Source: Thermogutta terrifontis (lineage in GTDB: Bacteria; Planctomycetota; Planctomycetia; Pirellulales; Thermoguttaceae). Taken from it: a DNA stretch of 64,000 nucleotides. Below are positions 31,299 through 41,440 of this stretch, in pieces. The translations under genes were made by a program, and so were the position numbers. The DNA lies in the NCBI RefSeq assembly GCF_002277955.1, contig NZ_CP018477.1, positions 2,003,206-2,067,205 of the forward strand, given 5' to 3'. Position 1 is the first letter of the stretch. The number at the start of each line of letters is the position of its first letter. The notes under the pieces are model-generated. The model worked only from the letters and a program-made list of their open reading frames with translations, did no database searches and was not told the origin of the DNA.

Positions 31299-32702
31299 AT
31301 GGGCGTGCGCCTGGAAGTCATCCAGTTCTTCGACGAGACAAACCGTTCGCTGATTCAGCGCATTCCTCCGGAAGGATCGGCGGATATCAAATTGGGGGCA
31401 CAGCTCATTGTCTATGAAAATCAGGAAGCCGTCTTTTTTCGTGACGGCAAGGCCCTGGACCGATTCGGGCCGGGACGCTACACACTCACAACGGCCAATG
31501 TCCCCCTGATAACTCGACTGCTGACAATTCCCTGGGAGAAATCCCCTTTTCAATGTTCCGTTTATTTTGTCGGTAAGCAAACGTTTCTGGATCAGAAATG
31601 GGGGACCCGCCAACCTATTGTCTATCGTGACCCGCAGCTTGGAATGGTCCGTCTACGGAGTTTCGGCAAGTTTTCATTCCGGGTGAGGGATTCTGTCGTT
31701 CTCATCAACACGCTTGTTGGGACACAAGGCAAGTTTACGACCGAGGAGGCTACGAATTTCTTAAAAGATCTCATCGTTGCTCGTCTCACTGATTTTCTGG
31801 GCACCCTCAACGTCAGCGTGCTTGATCTTCCCTCGCGGTATGACGAACTGGCGGCTGGGGCGAAAGCCAAAGTGGCAGAAGATTTCGCCAAGTACGGTCT
31901 GGAGATTGTAGACTTTTTCATTAACGCCATAACTCCGCCCGAGGAAGTGCAACGTATGATCGACGCCCGCAGCGGCATGGGGGTTATCGGCAATCTGGAT
32001 GCCTATTTAAAGTTCCAAATTGCCCAGAGTTTGGGAAAGCTCGCTGAGGGACAGGGTGAGGGCAGCAGCGCCATGGGGATGGGCTATGGTGCCGGCTTCG
32101 GCATGATGTTGCCTGCGATGATTCGCGAAGCGATGCGGGACAGCGCCGTTTCCCCTAGTCCGGGCGCACCGCCTTCGGCGATGCCCGTTTCGACACCGTC
32201 AACTTCCCCCCTGGCCGCAGGTGCCGTCGGTAATTCGGTCATGTCGGGAGGTGCACAGACGGTGCAGCAACCAGAAAAAGACGCGGCTGAGGCCACCAGC
32301 GATCCCATCGCGTTGGTCCGGGAATTTGCATCGCGGTCCGGCTATCAGGTGGAAGAGACGGCGGACAAACTGAAAGTGCTCGTTCCTGTGGGAAATCTCC
32401 GCAAGCAAATTGTCTGGTGTGGTGTTTATCAGCCACAGTCCACTGGTGGGCAGGTGGTACGTTTTTGGTCGGTGTGTGGTCCGGCCACAGAAAAAAACGC
32501 TGTCGCTCTCTTGCGATTCAATGCCCAATTGGCCATCGGAGCTTTTGCGTACGACAAGCTGGATGGTCAGGAAGTCATCATTCTCCAGACCACCGTTCCG
32601 GCCGCGACGATGACCGTTTTCGATGTCGCCCGAATACTCCCCGCCCTCGCATGGCAAGCCGATCGAGTAGAGGAACAATTGAGCGGAGAGGACATTTACT
32701 GA
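31299..32702 (+). CDS. SPFH/band-7 family protein (TM-less 'virion-core-protein-like' COG4260-type N-domain) fused to a YbjN-like C-terminal domain
   Basis: N-terminal about 300 aa resemble the soluble SPFH subfamily ([34 protein letters not shown] ... coiled region). An Ala/Pro/Ser/Met/Gly-rich linker follows, then a beta-rich about 130-aa domain ([20 protein letters not shown] ... [22 protein letters not shown]) reminiscent of the YbjN / T3SS-chaperone-like fold. Confidence 0.55.
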   Translation: MGVRLEVIQFFDETNRSLIQRIPPEGSADIKLGAQLIVYENQEAVFFRDGKALDRFGPGRYTLTTANVPLITRLLTIPWEKSPFQCSVYFVGKQTFLDQKWGTRQPIVYRDPQLGMVRLRSFGKFSFRVRDSVVLINTLVGTQGKFTTEEATNFLKDLIVARLTDFLGTLNVSVLDLPSRYDELAAGAKAKVAEDFAKYGLEIVDFFINAITPPEEVQRMIDARSGMGVIGNLDAYLKFQIAQSLGKLAEGQGEGSSAMGMGYGAGFGMMLPAMIREAMRDSAVSPSPGAPPSAMPVSTPSTSPLAAGAVGNSVMSGGAQTVQQPEKDAAEATSDPIALVREFASRSGYQVEETADKLKVLVPVGNLRKQIVWCGVYQPQSTGGQVVRFWSVCGPATEKNAVALLRFNAQLAIGAFAYDKLDGQEVIILQTTVPAATMTVFDVARILPALAWQADRVEEQLSGEDIY

Positions 32703-32719
32703 GACGCCTCCCATTTTAA

Positions 32720-33904
32720 ATGGGTGCTGATCGGATGAGTGTGGTAACACGTGTCTCTCAATCAGCCAACTTTTCGAAAGTTGCCGTCTATTGGCTCGCA
32801 GTAGTCCTGTTGCTGTCCCCGGGGAGCTTTTCCGCTGTCGGCTATTCGCTGGACATTGTGCAAGTCAAAGAGGGCGAGAGCGTCCTCACCTATCATGGCC
32901 GAATTCTTGTTCAGGCTGTGGATGGCGGAATTCTCTTGCTCACGCCGGAAGGGCGGTTGCTTCCCCTTGCGCCGGCCGAGATCGTCTCCGTCTCCCGCGA
33001 CTCTGCGGAATTCAAGCCAGCAGATCCGGAAGAGGTCGCGCGGTGGTGGCTGAAGCAATTACCCTCCGGCTTTGAAATGTATCAAACTGCCCACTACCTG
33101 ATTTTGCATAATACCTCTCGCGATTATGCCCGCTGGTGTGGCAGTCTGTTGGAAAGACTTTACGCTGGTTTTACCGCGTATTTTGCCAACAAGGGGGTCA
33201 CCATTGAGAAACCGGAGTTTCCCCTTGTGGTGATTATTTTTTCAACTCGGGAGCAGTACGTGGCGCATTGTCGGGCTGAGGTGGGCGATGGCATCGAGAA
33301 AATTCAGGGTCACTACAACCTGGTGACCAACGTCGTCACGATGTATGACCTGACCGGGAGCGGCGGGACCGCCACCGCAGCCCAGATCGCGCGATTTGTG
33401 CAAAACCCCAACGTGCGGCAAAGCATTGCCACGGTCGTCCATGAGGCGACTCATCAACTGGCCAACAACTGTGGAATCACGTGCCGCTGGACCGATACGC
33501 CTCAGTGGGTGGCGGAGGGGCTGGCCATGTTCTTTGAGACCCCCGATCTGCGAAGCGCCCGCGGCTGGTCCACGGTGGGAGCCGTCAATCAATCCCGGCT
33601 GGACCGTTTTCGCAGTTATCTTGCCAGAAGGCCAGATGATTCGCTGATAACGCTCATTCGCGACAATGCACGCTTCCAGAGCACGGAAACCGCCTTGGAC
33701 GCGTACGCCGAAGCCTGGGCCTTGACGTATTTCCTGCTCCAGCAGAAACGAAGCGCTTTTTTGGAATACCTCAAGCGGCTGCGAGAAAAGCCGCCCCTGG
33801 TTTATGACTCCCCAGAAGAACGAATCCGCGAGTTCACGGAAATCTTAGGGAATTTTGAAGCCCTCGACGCGCAGCTTGTCCGTTTCGTTTCGCGTCTGCG
33901 TTGA
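32720..33904 (+). CDS. secreted DUF1570-family protein with HExxH motif (putative zinc metallopeptidase)
   Basis: N-terminal signal/anchor (VAVYWLAVVLLLSPGSFSAVG). HEATH motif in VVHEATHQLANN. DUF1570 is a Planctomycetes-enriched family. Starts 18 nt after the SPFH gene's stop. Confidence 0.55.
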   Translation: MGADRMSVVTRVSQSANFSKVAVYWLAVVLLLSPGSFSAVGYSLDIVQVKEGESVLTYHGRILVQAVDGGILLLTPEGRLLPLAPAEIVSVSRDSAEFKPADPEEVARWWLKQLPSGFEMYQTAHYLILHNTSRDYARWCGSLLERLYAGFTAYFANKGVTIEKPEFPLVVIIFSTREQYVAHCRAEVGDGIEKIQGHYNLVTNVVTMYDLTGSGGTATAAQIARFVQNPNVRQSIATVVHEATHQLANNCGITCRWTDTPQWVAEGLAMFFETPDLRSARGWSTVGAVNQSRLDRFRSYLARRPDDSLITLIRDNARFQSTETALDAYAEAWALTYFLLQQKRSAFLEYLKRLREKPPLVYDSPEERIREFTEILGNFEALDAQLVRFVSRLR

Positions 33905-34093
33905 CTCCTCTCACCGAGTTAAGCCAATTACGGCCGGATGCTTGTTCCTTGAGGGGGTTCGAAATAAGATAAGGGGCGAATTCGGGTTGCACAATTCTCG
34001 CCAGAGTGTTCCACACATCCGTTGTAGCGTTACGTCGTGTCCCCCTGCAAACGCAGAAGCGTCAGTTCCGGTTTTTGAAGGAAGGAGTTCGTC

Positions 34094-35431
34094 ATGACAC
34101 GTTCACAGCAAGCATGTCGCGGAACAACGAAGCCGTCTGCCTCCACTCGAAGAGATTTTCTGAAAACGACCGGGTTGGTGACAGGCGCCGCGCTGACCGG
34201 TGTCTCGATCGCCCGCATGGCCCATGCGGCGGGAGAGGATCCGATTTTGAAGATCGCCCTCATCGGATGCGGTGGCCGTGGAACGGGAGCGGCGGCCAAT
34301 GCCCTGGAGGCGGATCCAAGAACTGTCCTCGTAGCCATGGCAGATGCTTTTGAAGACCGTTTGAAGGGCAGCCTCGCGGCCTTGAAAAAGCAGTTTCCTG
34401 ATCGCGTCAAGGTGACTCCCGAAACTTCCTTCGTCGGCTTCGAGGCTTACAAGAGTGCCATCGCAGCGGGTGTGGACGTGGTTCTCTTGTGCGAGCCACC
34501 GCATTTCCGCCCCATTCATCTCAAAGCCGCGATAGAAGCCGGAAAGCACGTCTTCGCAGAAAAGCCTGTGGCGGTGGATGCCGCCGGTTATCGTTCCGTT
34601 CTTGAAAGCACAGAACTGGCACGGCAGAAAGGGCTTTGTATCGTCTCAGGACTGTGCTGGCGTTACCACCGGGCAACTATCGAGACGGTCAAGCGAATTC
34701 AGGACGGAGCGGTGGGTGACATCATCGCGATTCAGGAAACTTACAACACAGGTCATATCGGTGGACGCGATCGTGATCCCAAGTTGACGGAAATGCAATT
34801 TCAATTGCGAAACTGGTACTGCTTCACCTGGCTTTCCGGGGACCACAATGTGGAACAGCACATCCACAGTCTGGATAAAGCCCTCTGGGTGATGCACGAT
34901 GAGCCGCCGGCCGTGGCTTGGGGGATGGGGGGACGCCAGGTAAGAACAGAGATGCCCCGTTACGGCAACATCTACGACCACCACGCGGTCTGCTATGAAT
35001 ACCCCAACGGAGTTCGCGTCTACTCCTATTGCCGTCAGCACGCCAATTGCTGGAACGACACAACAGATCACGTCTTCGGCACAAAAGGCCGGGCAATCAT
35101 TCTCAATCAATGGCGAATCGACGGAGAACAGTCCTGGAAATATCAGGGCGAAAGTCCGAATATGTATGTTGAAGAACACCGCGCACTCTTCTCCGCGATC
35201 CGCAAGGGTGAACCGATCAACAACGGCGTGTACATGGCCCGCAGCACGATGATGGCCATTATGGGGCGGATGGCCACGTACACAGGGCAGAGAATCACCT
35301 GGGAAGAGGCGATCAATTCCAAGGAGGTGCTTGCCCCGTCGGCATACACGTGGGACGCGACACCGCCCATCGTCCCGGACGAGAACGGTCGCTATCCCGT
35401 GGCGATTCCGGGCATCACCAAATTTATTTGA
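34094..35431 (+). CDS. Tat-exported Gfo/Idh/MocA-family oxidoreductase (GH109-like candidate)
   Basis: RBS GGAAGGAG (about 34080-34087). Tat signal (STRRDFLKTTGLVTGAALTGVSIARMAHA). Rossmann motif (IALIGCGGRG). Gfo/Idh/MocA C-terminal domain. Confidence 0.8.
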   Translation: MTRSQQACRGTTKPSASTRRDFLKTTGLVTGAALTGVSIARMAHAAGEDPILKIALIGCGGRGTGAAANALEADPRTVLVAMADAFEDRLKGSLAALKKQFPDRVKVTPETSFVGFEAYKSAIAAGVDVVLLCEPPHFRPIHLKAAIEAGKHVFAEKPVAVDAAGYRSVLESTELARQKGLCIVSGLCWRYHRATIETVKRIQDGAVGDIIAIQETYNTGHIGGRDRDPKLTEMQFQLRNWYCFTWLSGDHNVEQHIHSLDKALWVMHDEPPAVAWGMGGRQVRTEMPRYGNIYDHHAVCYEYPNGVRVYSYCRQHANCWNDTTDHVFGTKGRAIILNQWRIDGEQSWKYQGESPNMYVEEHRALFSAIRKGEPINNGVYMARSTMMAIMGRMATYTGQRITWEEAINSKEVLAPSAYTWDATPPIVPDENGRYPVAIPGITKFI

Positions 35432-35631
35432 TTGTCTTCATCACCGTTTCAGTGACGGCTGAATAATGACCGGCAGCCGGGGTTGGGGACGCGGAACCTC
35501 GCCCCGGCTGTGAGTTTGGGATGGACCTTGCGAGTCTTCAATGTGGATGCCCGCCGGAGGCGATCGAGGCGGTACGCATCCATGACAAACCCGAAGACAA
35601 ATCTCGGTATCAGGCATGGGGGAGGCATCCT

Positions 35632-37101
35632 GTGCGACGTCGCGAATTCTGCCAGCAGATAGGAATCGCCATTGGGCTTTACGCCTTTTCCAGACGCAGT
35701 TACGCAATTGAAATCACAGGGCAGGAGCTAGACCTTCCCAGAAAAGCTCATGATGCCCTTGTCCAGGCAGTCCGATTCTTCGACGAGAAAGTGTCGGTAG
35801 AAGGGGGTTACCTCTGGGCTTACTCCGAGGATTTGCGCTTTCGGGAAGGTGAAGCCCCCGCGTTACCCTCGACGGCCTGGGTACAACCGCCGGGCACTCC
35901 GAGTGTGGGAATGGCGTTCCTTGTCGCGTATCGCCTCACAAAGGAGCCGACGTGTTTGCAAGCGGCGACCCGCACGGCCCATGCACTCGTGAAAGGCCAG
36001 CTTGTTTCGGGGGGATGGGATTATCGGATCGAATTTTCGCCCGAACTGCGGAGGAATTGCCGTTACCGTCAACCGCCGAATGGCGGCGAAAAAGCACGGA
36101 ACGTATCGACGCTGGACGATGATACGACACAATCGGCGCTAAGGTTCCTCATGGAGTTCGACCGCACAACGGGGATGGCCGATAAACAGGTGCACGAGGC
36201 GGTTCTTTACGGGCTGAATTCGCTCCTGGCGGTGCAGCGTCCTAACGGAGGTTGGCCTCAGCGATTTAGGGAACTGCCTCGCCTTGAGGATTATCCGGAC
36301 GTGCCCGCTTCCTACCCCGAGGACTGGCCGCGTCAGTGGCCGGGCAAACCTTACTACGATTGCTACACCCTCAATGATAACGTCCATAACGAGGCCCTGA
36401 AGACAATGCTTTTGGCCTGGCGAATTTACGGAGACGAAAAATACCGGGCGGCAGCCCAACGAGCGGTAGAGTTTCTCCTGAAAGTCCAGATGCCAGACCC
36501 GCAACCAGCTTGGGCGCAGCAGTACGACGCGCAGATGCGTCCGTGCTGGGCACGGAAGTTCGAGCCCCCGGCTATATCCGGTGGCGAATCGCAGGGTGTT
36601 TTGCAGACACTCATTCTGGCCTTTCACGAGCTTGCCGAACCCCGCTTCCTCGATCCTATTCCCCGGGCTCTTGCCTATCTTGAACGGTCTACGCTTCCGG
36701 ATGGAAAGTTGGCACGATTCTATGAATTGAAAACGAATCGGCCGCTCTATTTCACGCGGGATTATCAATTAACCTACAGTGACGCAGACGTTCCCACACA
36801 CTATGCCTTTAAAATAGACAATCATATTGGGACTATCCGGCAGATGTATGAACATGCACGGCGAACGGGTCCTCAACCGTCGCTGGGGCTAAAATCTCCT
36901 GCCCCTGTTCTCTCTTCCGCCCTCGTGCAAACTGTGGAGCGCATCCTGAAAGAAATGGATGACCAGGGACGTTGGGTCGAAAAGGGAAATCTCAAAACAA
37001 GCGGAAAAGACGTAGCGGGGGACCGGATTATCACCACGCGAACCTTCATCAGAAATATCAGTGTACTGGCCCAATATCTTGCGGCTACCGAAAAAGAATA
37101 A
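35632..37101 (+). CDS. Tat-exported QW-repeat alpha/alpha-toroid protein (squalene-cyclase/prenyltransferase-like fold; possible PL10-type polysaccharide lyase)
   Basis: Probable start GTG 35632, preceded by GGGAGG (35619-35624), giving MRRREFCQQIGIAIGLYAFSRRSYA (RRxF Tat signal). The track ORF starts at ATG 35521. QW-like motifs (QLVSGGWDYR, QRPNGGWPQRF). Confidence 0.45.
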   Translation: MRRREFCQQIGIAIGLYAFSRRSYAIEITGQELDLPRKAHDALVQAVRFFDEKVSVEGGYLWAYSEDLRFREGEAPALPSTAWVQPPGTPSVGMAFLVAYRLTKEPTCLQAATRTAHALVKGQLVSGGWDYRIEFSPELRRNCRYRQPPNGGEKARNVSTLDDDTTQSALRFLMEFDRTTGMADKQVHEAVLYGLNSLLAVQRPNGGWPQRFRELPRLEDYPDVPASYPEDWPRQWPGKPYYDCYTLNDNVHNEALKTMLLAWRIYGDEKYRAAAQRAVEFLLKVQMPDPQPAWAQQYDAQMRPCWARKFEPPAISGGESQGVLQTLILAFHELAEPRFLDPIPRALAYLERSTLPDGKLARFYELKTNRPLYFTRDYQLTYSDADVPTHYAFKIDNHIGTIRQMYEHARRTGPQPSLGLKSPAPVLSSALVQTVERILKEMDDQGRWVEKGNLKTSGKDVAGDRIITTRTFIRNISVLAQYLAATEKE

Positions 37102-37219
37102 TCCCTCGTATCTACCCTGAGAGCAAGTGTTGTGAGGAGCGGTGTCTCAGGGATAAGCTGGACCCCTAAGGATTGCGGACGTAGCGTTGGTTGCACCTGG
37201 TACGGAGGAGATCGGCAAA

Positions 37220-39106
37220 ATGGCGCGTCCCAAAGTGCTCGTATTGTTGGAGGGAGTGGTGGCCGTTGGTTTGGGCCTGTGTGCGGTGGCCACTTTGGCA
37301 TTTGGGGCTGCGCCGCGACCGAATATCGTGTGGCTGACTACAGAGGACAACGCCGCATGCTGGTATCGGCTCTATGATCCGGCAGGGGCACCGATGCCCA
37401 ACGTGGAACGTTTGGCGAAAGAGGGAATTGTTTTTAATAATGTTTATTCATGCTCACCCGTTTGTTCGCCAGCCCGAAGTACCCTCATTTCTGGTTGTTA
37501 CGCGCCGCGGTTAGGAGCTCAGTGGCACAGGAAAATCCTGCCAGTGAAGCTTCCCCCGGGCCTCCATATGTTTCCCTGGTATCTGCGGCAGGCCGGCTAC
37601 TATACGACGAATAACAGCAAGGAGGATTATAATTTTGCCCCTTCCGAAAAGGCGGATGTCTGGGACGAATCTTCGCCGCGGGCCAGCTACCGTAACCGGC
37701 GACCGGGCCAACCATTTTTTCATGTTCAAAACTTCGGCCGAACCCACGAGAGTCAGTTATTCCCCAATAAAGACAATTCCGAGCTCGAAACGGATCCCAA
37801 CTCCGTTGATTTGTTTCCCTACCATCCCGATACGCCCCTTTTTAGAAATAAATACGCGCATTATCTGGATCTGCAGCGCGAGGTCGATTGGCAAATCGGC
37901 GATTTTATTCGGCAGCTCGAAAAGGATGGACTACTCGATGATACGTTCATCTTTCAGTTTGGTGATAATGGCGGGGTCCTGCCCGGCAGCAAGGGGTATG
38001 CCCGAGAGGACGGATTGCACGTTGCTTTGATTGTGTATGTTCCCAAAAATTGGCAGCACCTGGTCCCTGCACCGCGTGGCTCCCAGGTGGATGGGGTCGT
38101 TCAATTCGTTGATCTGGGGCCCACGGTACTCAACCTCGCCGGCGTGCCGATCCCGGAGGGAATGGACGGTAAACCATTCTTGGGACCCGGTGTCACACTG
38201 GAAGAACTCAATCAGAGGAACCAGGCCTTCGGCTACGCCGATCGCTTTGATGAAAAATATGATCTCGTCCGTTTTCTGCGAAAGGGCAAATATACTTACT
38301 GGCGAAATTATCAACCTTTCAACTTTGACGGCCTCTACAATGAGTATCGTAATAAGCAGGCCGCCTACCGAGAATGGTGGGATCTTTATCAGAAGGGACA
38401 GCTCAACCCGGTACAAAGAGCGTTTTTTGAACCAAAACCGCCCGAGTGCCTTTTCGATATAGAAAAGAATCCCCATGAAACCGTTAATCTGGCGAATGAT
38501 TCGCACTACGCCGAGGTCCTCGCAGACATTCGAACGACGATGCACGATTGGGTGACTGGACTGCCAGATCTCGGTTTTATTCCCGAACCCGTGTTCGTGC
38601 GGGAAAGCCAGGGTGATGGTTACTCCTACTGCCAGCACAATAAACAGCGCATAGCACGACTGGTTGAAATTGCTGACTGGCAGCTTCGGCCCTTCCCGGA
38701 GGTTGTCCCGATGTTGGAAAAAGCATTACAAGCGGACGATCCTCTGGAGCGGTATTGGGCCGTCATCACGTGTAGTGCGTTCGGGAAAGAAGCTCGGGCA
38801 CTGGCCGATTCCATCCGCAAAATGGCGGCGAGCGATCCCGACAGATTGGTGCGAATGCGGGCGGCCGAGTTTCTGGGGCTGACGGGCGAGGGAGATCCGC
38901 GACCATTCTTGATGGACATCCTCCAAAAGACTGACGATCCCGTGGAGGCCAACCTGATTTTGAACACGGTTGTGCTTCTCAAGGATGGGCCATCCCGGCT
39001 GAAGTTTGATCTGACACCGTTGCGCTCGGCCGCCTGGTTTAATGCACCGGGGGAAGTGGCACGCCGGGTCAGATATCTGATGGGGGAAGACGAAGCCAAT
39101 AAATAG
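37220..39106 (+). CDS. sulfatase (formylglycine-dependent) with C-terminal HEAT-repeat domain
   Basis: RBS GGAGGAG (37204-37210), then ATG 37220. Signal/anchor (VLVLLEGVVAVGLGLCAVA). Sulfatase active-site motif CSPVCSPARSTLISG (C-x-P-x-R). C-terminal about 150 aa of HEAT-like repeats (DPDRLVRMRAAEFLGL...). Confidence 0.85.
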   Translation: MARPKVLVLLEGVVAVGLGLCAVATLAFGAAPRPNIVWLTTEDNAACWYRLYDPAGAPMPNVERLAKEGIVFNNVYSCSPVCSPARSTLISGCYAPRLGAQWHRKILPVKLPPGLHMFPWYLRQAGYYTTNNSKEDYNFAPSEKADVWDESSPRASYRNRRPGQPFFHVQNFGRTHESQLFPNKDNSELETDPNSVDLFPYHPDTPLFRNKYAHYLDLQREVDWQIGDFIRQLEKDGLLDDTFIFQFGDNGGVLPGSKGYAREDGLHVALIVYVPKNWQHLVPAPRGSQVDGVVQFVDLGPTVLNLAGVPIPEGMDGKPFLGPGVTLEELNQRNQAFGYADRFDEKYDLVRFLRKGKYTYWRNYQPFNFDGLYNEYRNKQAAYREWWDLYQKGQLNPVQRAFFEPKPPECLFDIEKNPHETVNLANDSHYAEVLADIRTTMHDWVTGLPDLGFIPEPVFVRESQGDGYSYCQHNKQRIARLVEIADWQLRPFPEVVPMLEKALQADDPLERYWAVITCSAFGKEARALADSIRKMAASDPDRLVRMRAAEFLGLTGEGDPRPFLMDILQKTDDPVEANLILNTVVLLKDGPSRLKFDLTPLRSAAWFNAPGEVARRVRYLMGEDEANK

Positions 39107-39604
39107 CGGATTTCAAGGCCAAATAGAAAAAACAGTTTCATTTGGCGGACAAATTGCGCCATTCTTCACACGGCGGATTCAATTTCCCCGCAGGCTGAAG
39201 CTCTCAATATAAAGCGCGCAGTCCGTCGTGTGGTTTTTGTCGTAATAGTGCGCAGCTCTGGGATCGGTGAGGAGACCCGGGCGAAACGGTGTGAAACCCT
39301 GGCAAACGGGGCGTGGGCTGACGCGGTCGAAGGAAATGCCGATGTCGGTCGGGGATGCGCTATACTTCCCCTGGCGACGTTACCCGCTGACTTGCCAAAA
39401 ATGTGGTATGGAGGTTACATCCGCCCCTGTCATCAAACCGGGCAGGGAAAGATTGTTGTCTTGCGCCGATTCGGAATCGACCAGTGACGCCCAGTCTCTT
39501 CAAACAGGCCGGGCGAGTGCCTTGCTGTTCAGGAGATAGTGACAAGCCTGAGCCTAAAGTTTTTCTCGTCCGTGTGGACAGCTTCTCGATGACGGGAGAG
39601 AGCA

Positions 39605-40990
39605 TCACAGCGTCCATCCCTTGCGGTAGGGCGGGCGAAGAAGCGCGTCCGCTTCGTCGTTGCCCACGATGCGGCAGGCGACGGGATCATATTCCAGGGG
39701 TTCGTCGAATCGACCGGCCACGTTGGCCGCCAAAAGCAATTCAATGACTGGACCTGCGTGATCGAAGTTGGAAAACGGCCGGCCCGTGCCGCGACACGCG
39801 TCGAGCCACTCGTATTCGTGGCCCCTTACCCTCGGATAACGCTGCGGTGGCTCCGTTTGTTCGGGAAACTTCTCGATGGGTAAAATCTGGCACACCGAAT
39901 TGTGAGCATTGGTGTGGACGACGCCTTTCTCACCCACCAGCAGGGTGCCGGAACGGGGCGTCCAGCTCCTATCCTTCCATTCCAGATCTCGACCTGCAAT
40001 CTCCTGGAGTTTTCTCCACACACCCTGCCGTCGCAGTTCATCCTCGTCGGCGTTGTACCAGTGGATGATCGCGGGAGGCTGGGAAGATCTCGCGGGAATA
40101 TAAAACCGCACGAACTGCCAGCGAGGAAAGCCATGAGGAGCCTTCTCGGGAATCTCGCTCTCAATGCGAATTCGTTTGCCAGAGCTTGCAGGAGGATCCC
40201 ATAATTCTCGAAGTTTCAGCGCCTTGAACGCCAGGTTGAGCGAATGCGACCCACCTCCACCCAGGCATCCCGTGCCAAAGTCCCACCAGCCACCCCATCC
40301 TGAGACATACTGTGGATGATACGGCCGCTCCGCTGCTGGCCCCAACCAGAGATCCCAGTTCAAATGTTCGGGAACTGGTGGCTGATCTTTCGGAGGAACG
40401 CGTGGGCCGCTTCCCCCAAATACAAACCACACGTGTACTTCCCGGATGTCCCCAATCATGCCGTCCTCCAGCAGTTCGAGGACACGGCGAAATGAATCGG
40501 TAGCCATCCCCTGATTGCCCATTTGGGTTGCGACCCCCTTCTGATTGGCCAGGTCGCGCAGGATGCGTGCCTCCCGAACATCATGACTGATGGGCTTTTC
40601 ACAATAGACGTGCTTATTGAGATGAAGAGCTGCTGCCGAAACGACCGCATGCGTATGGTCCGGTGTTGCCACGACCACTGCGTCAATCTGGCTGCCTTTT
40701 TCATCAAACATTTTTCTGAAATCCTGATACAAGGCAGCTCCCGGCAGTTTCTCCGCAAGCTTTCCTAGCTGCTCTGTGTTAGCGTCGCACAACGCGACGG
40801 GCGTCGCTCCAATTCGGGCAAAGGTGGGCGCAAGGTAACTTCCTCGCTTTCCAAGTCCCACAGCAGCGTAGGCCACTTTTTCGTTCGCCTCGTACGAGAA
40901 AGCTACCCTGGTGGAATGCAGAATGTACCATGCAGCGCCTGTTGCGAGTGACTGTTTGAGCCAGCTTCGGCGAGTCATTCGGAGGGCCAT
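39605..40990 (-). CDS. Tat-exported Gfo/Idh/MocA-family oxidoreductase (GH109-like candidate)
   Basis: Start re-assigned to ATG 40990 (MALRMTRRSWLKQSLATGAAWYIL, Tat motif) with upstream GGGAGG. The track ORF extends to 41146. Rossmann and Gfo/Idh/MocA domains. Confidence 0.8.
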   Translation of the reverse strand: MALRMTRRSWLKQSLATGAAWYILHSTRVAFSYEANEKVAYAAVGLGKRGSYLAPTFARIGATPVALCDANTEQLGKLAEKLPGAALYQDFRKMFDEKGSQIDAVVVATPDHTHAVVSAAALHLNKHVYCEKPISHDVREARILRDLANQKGVATQMGNQGMATDSFRRVLELLEDGMIGDIREVHVWFVFGGSGPRVPPKDQPPVPEHLNWDLWLGPAAERPYHPQYVSGWGGWWDFGTGCLGGGGSHSLNLAFKALKLRELWDPPASSGKRIRIESEIPEKAPHGFPRWQFVRFYIPARSSQPPAIIHWYNADEDELRRQGVWRKLQEIAGRDLEWKDRSWTPRSGTLLVGEKGVVHTNAHNSVCQILPIEKFPEQTEPPQRYPRVRGHEYEWLDACRGTGRPFSNFDHAGPVIELLLAANVAGRFDEPLEYDPVACRIVGNDEADALLRPPYRKGWTL

Positions 40991-41440
40991 GGGTGAACCT
41001 CCCGGTTCCTTAGCGATGCCTGCGTCGAGTGCGTCAACGGGACTCTTTGGAACTTTGCGGCGCGATCGACGCCCTTTGTTTGTCTGCGGATAGTATAACC
41101 CGACCGACTGGGCAAGCAATGCTCGGAAGCTCTGAGCCATCCCCACTTTGGTATTTAAGGGTCATTCATGAATTGCCTCCGCACCTTTAAAAATAAACAG
41201 GCGGAGGCCGGTAGTTGGTGTGGACTATCCAAGGTGGAAACAGGGAGAGGACAAGTAACTCGTGCCGGGCTGAATCTCGCTCCTGCTCAGGGCGTTTTCG
41301 CGGTCCCTGGCGCTTTCCCGCAGGAAGTAAGTGGCGATGAATCAGTTGGAAGCTACGTCAGATATGGCGTCAAATATGGCGCGGCGGCGTGGCAGTACGA
41401 CAAGGATCTGGGATCGCCGTTCATGTGAACGCAAAATCGA

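Noticed and set aside
36139-36768. 209-codon ORF antisense to the QW-repeat/PL10-like gene (and similar antisense ORFs at 15541-16224, 7600-8370, 13065-13907, 53526-54260, 14532-15650)
   Set aside because: Each is fully embedded opposite a well-supported gene. Their translations are Arg/Pro/Gly-rich and low-complexity, as expected for the reverse frame of GC-rich coding DNA, and they have no RBS.
39107-39604. Intrinsic terminator or sRNA in the about 500-bp convergent gap between the sulfatase and Gfo/Idh/MocA genes
   Set aside because: Only a loose inverted repeat (GCCAAAT ... ATTTGGC with a 15-nt loop) without a following U-tract. The small ORFs there (39230-39487, 39267-39539) lack RBSs.
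41147-41440. DnaA-box cluster downstream of dnaA (TGTGGACTAT, TTATCCTGC)
   Set aside because: Only single degenerate matches, which could occur by chance. They are mentioned under the dnaA finding rather than called as a feature.
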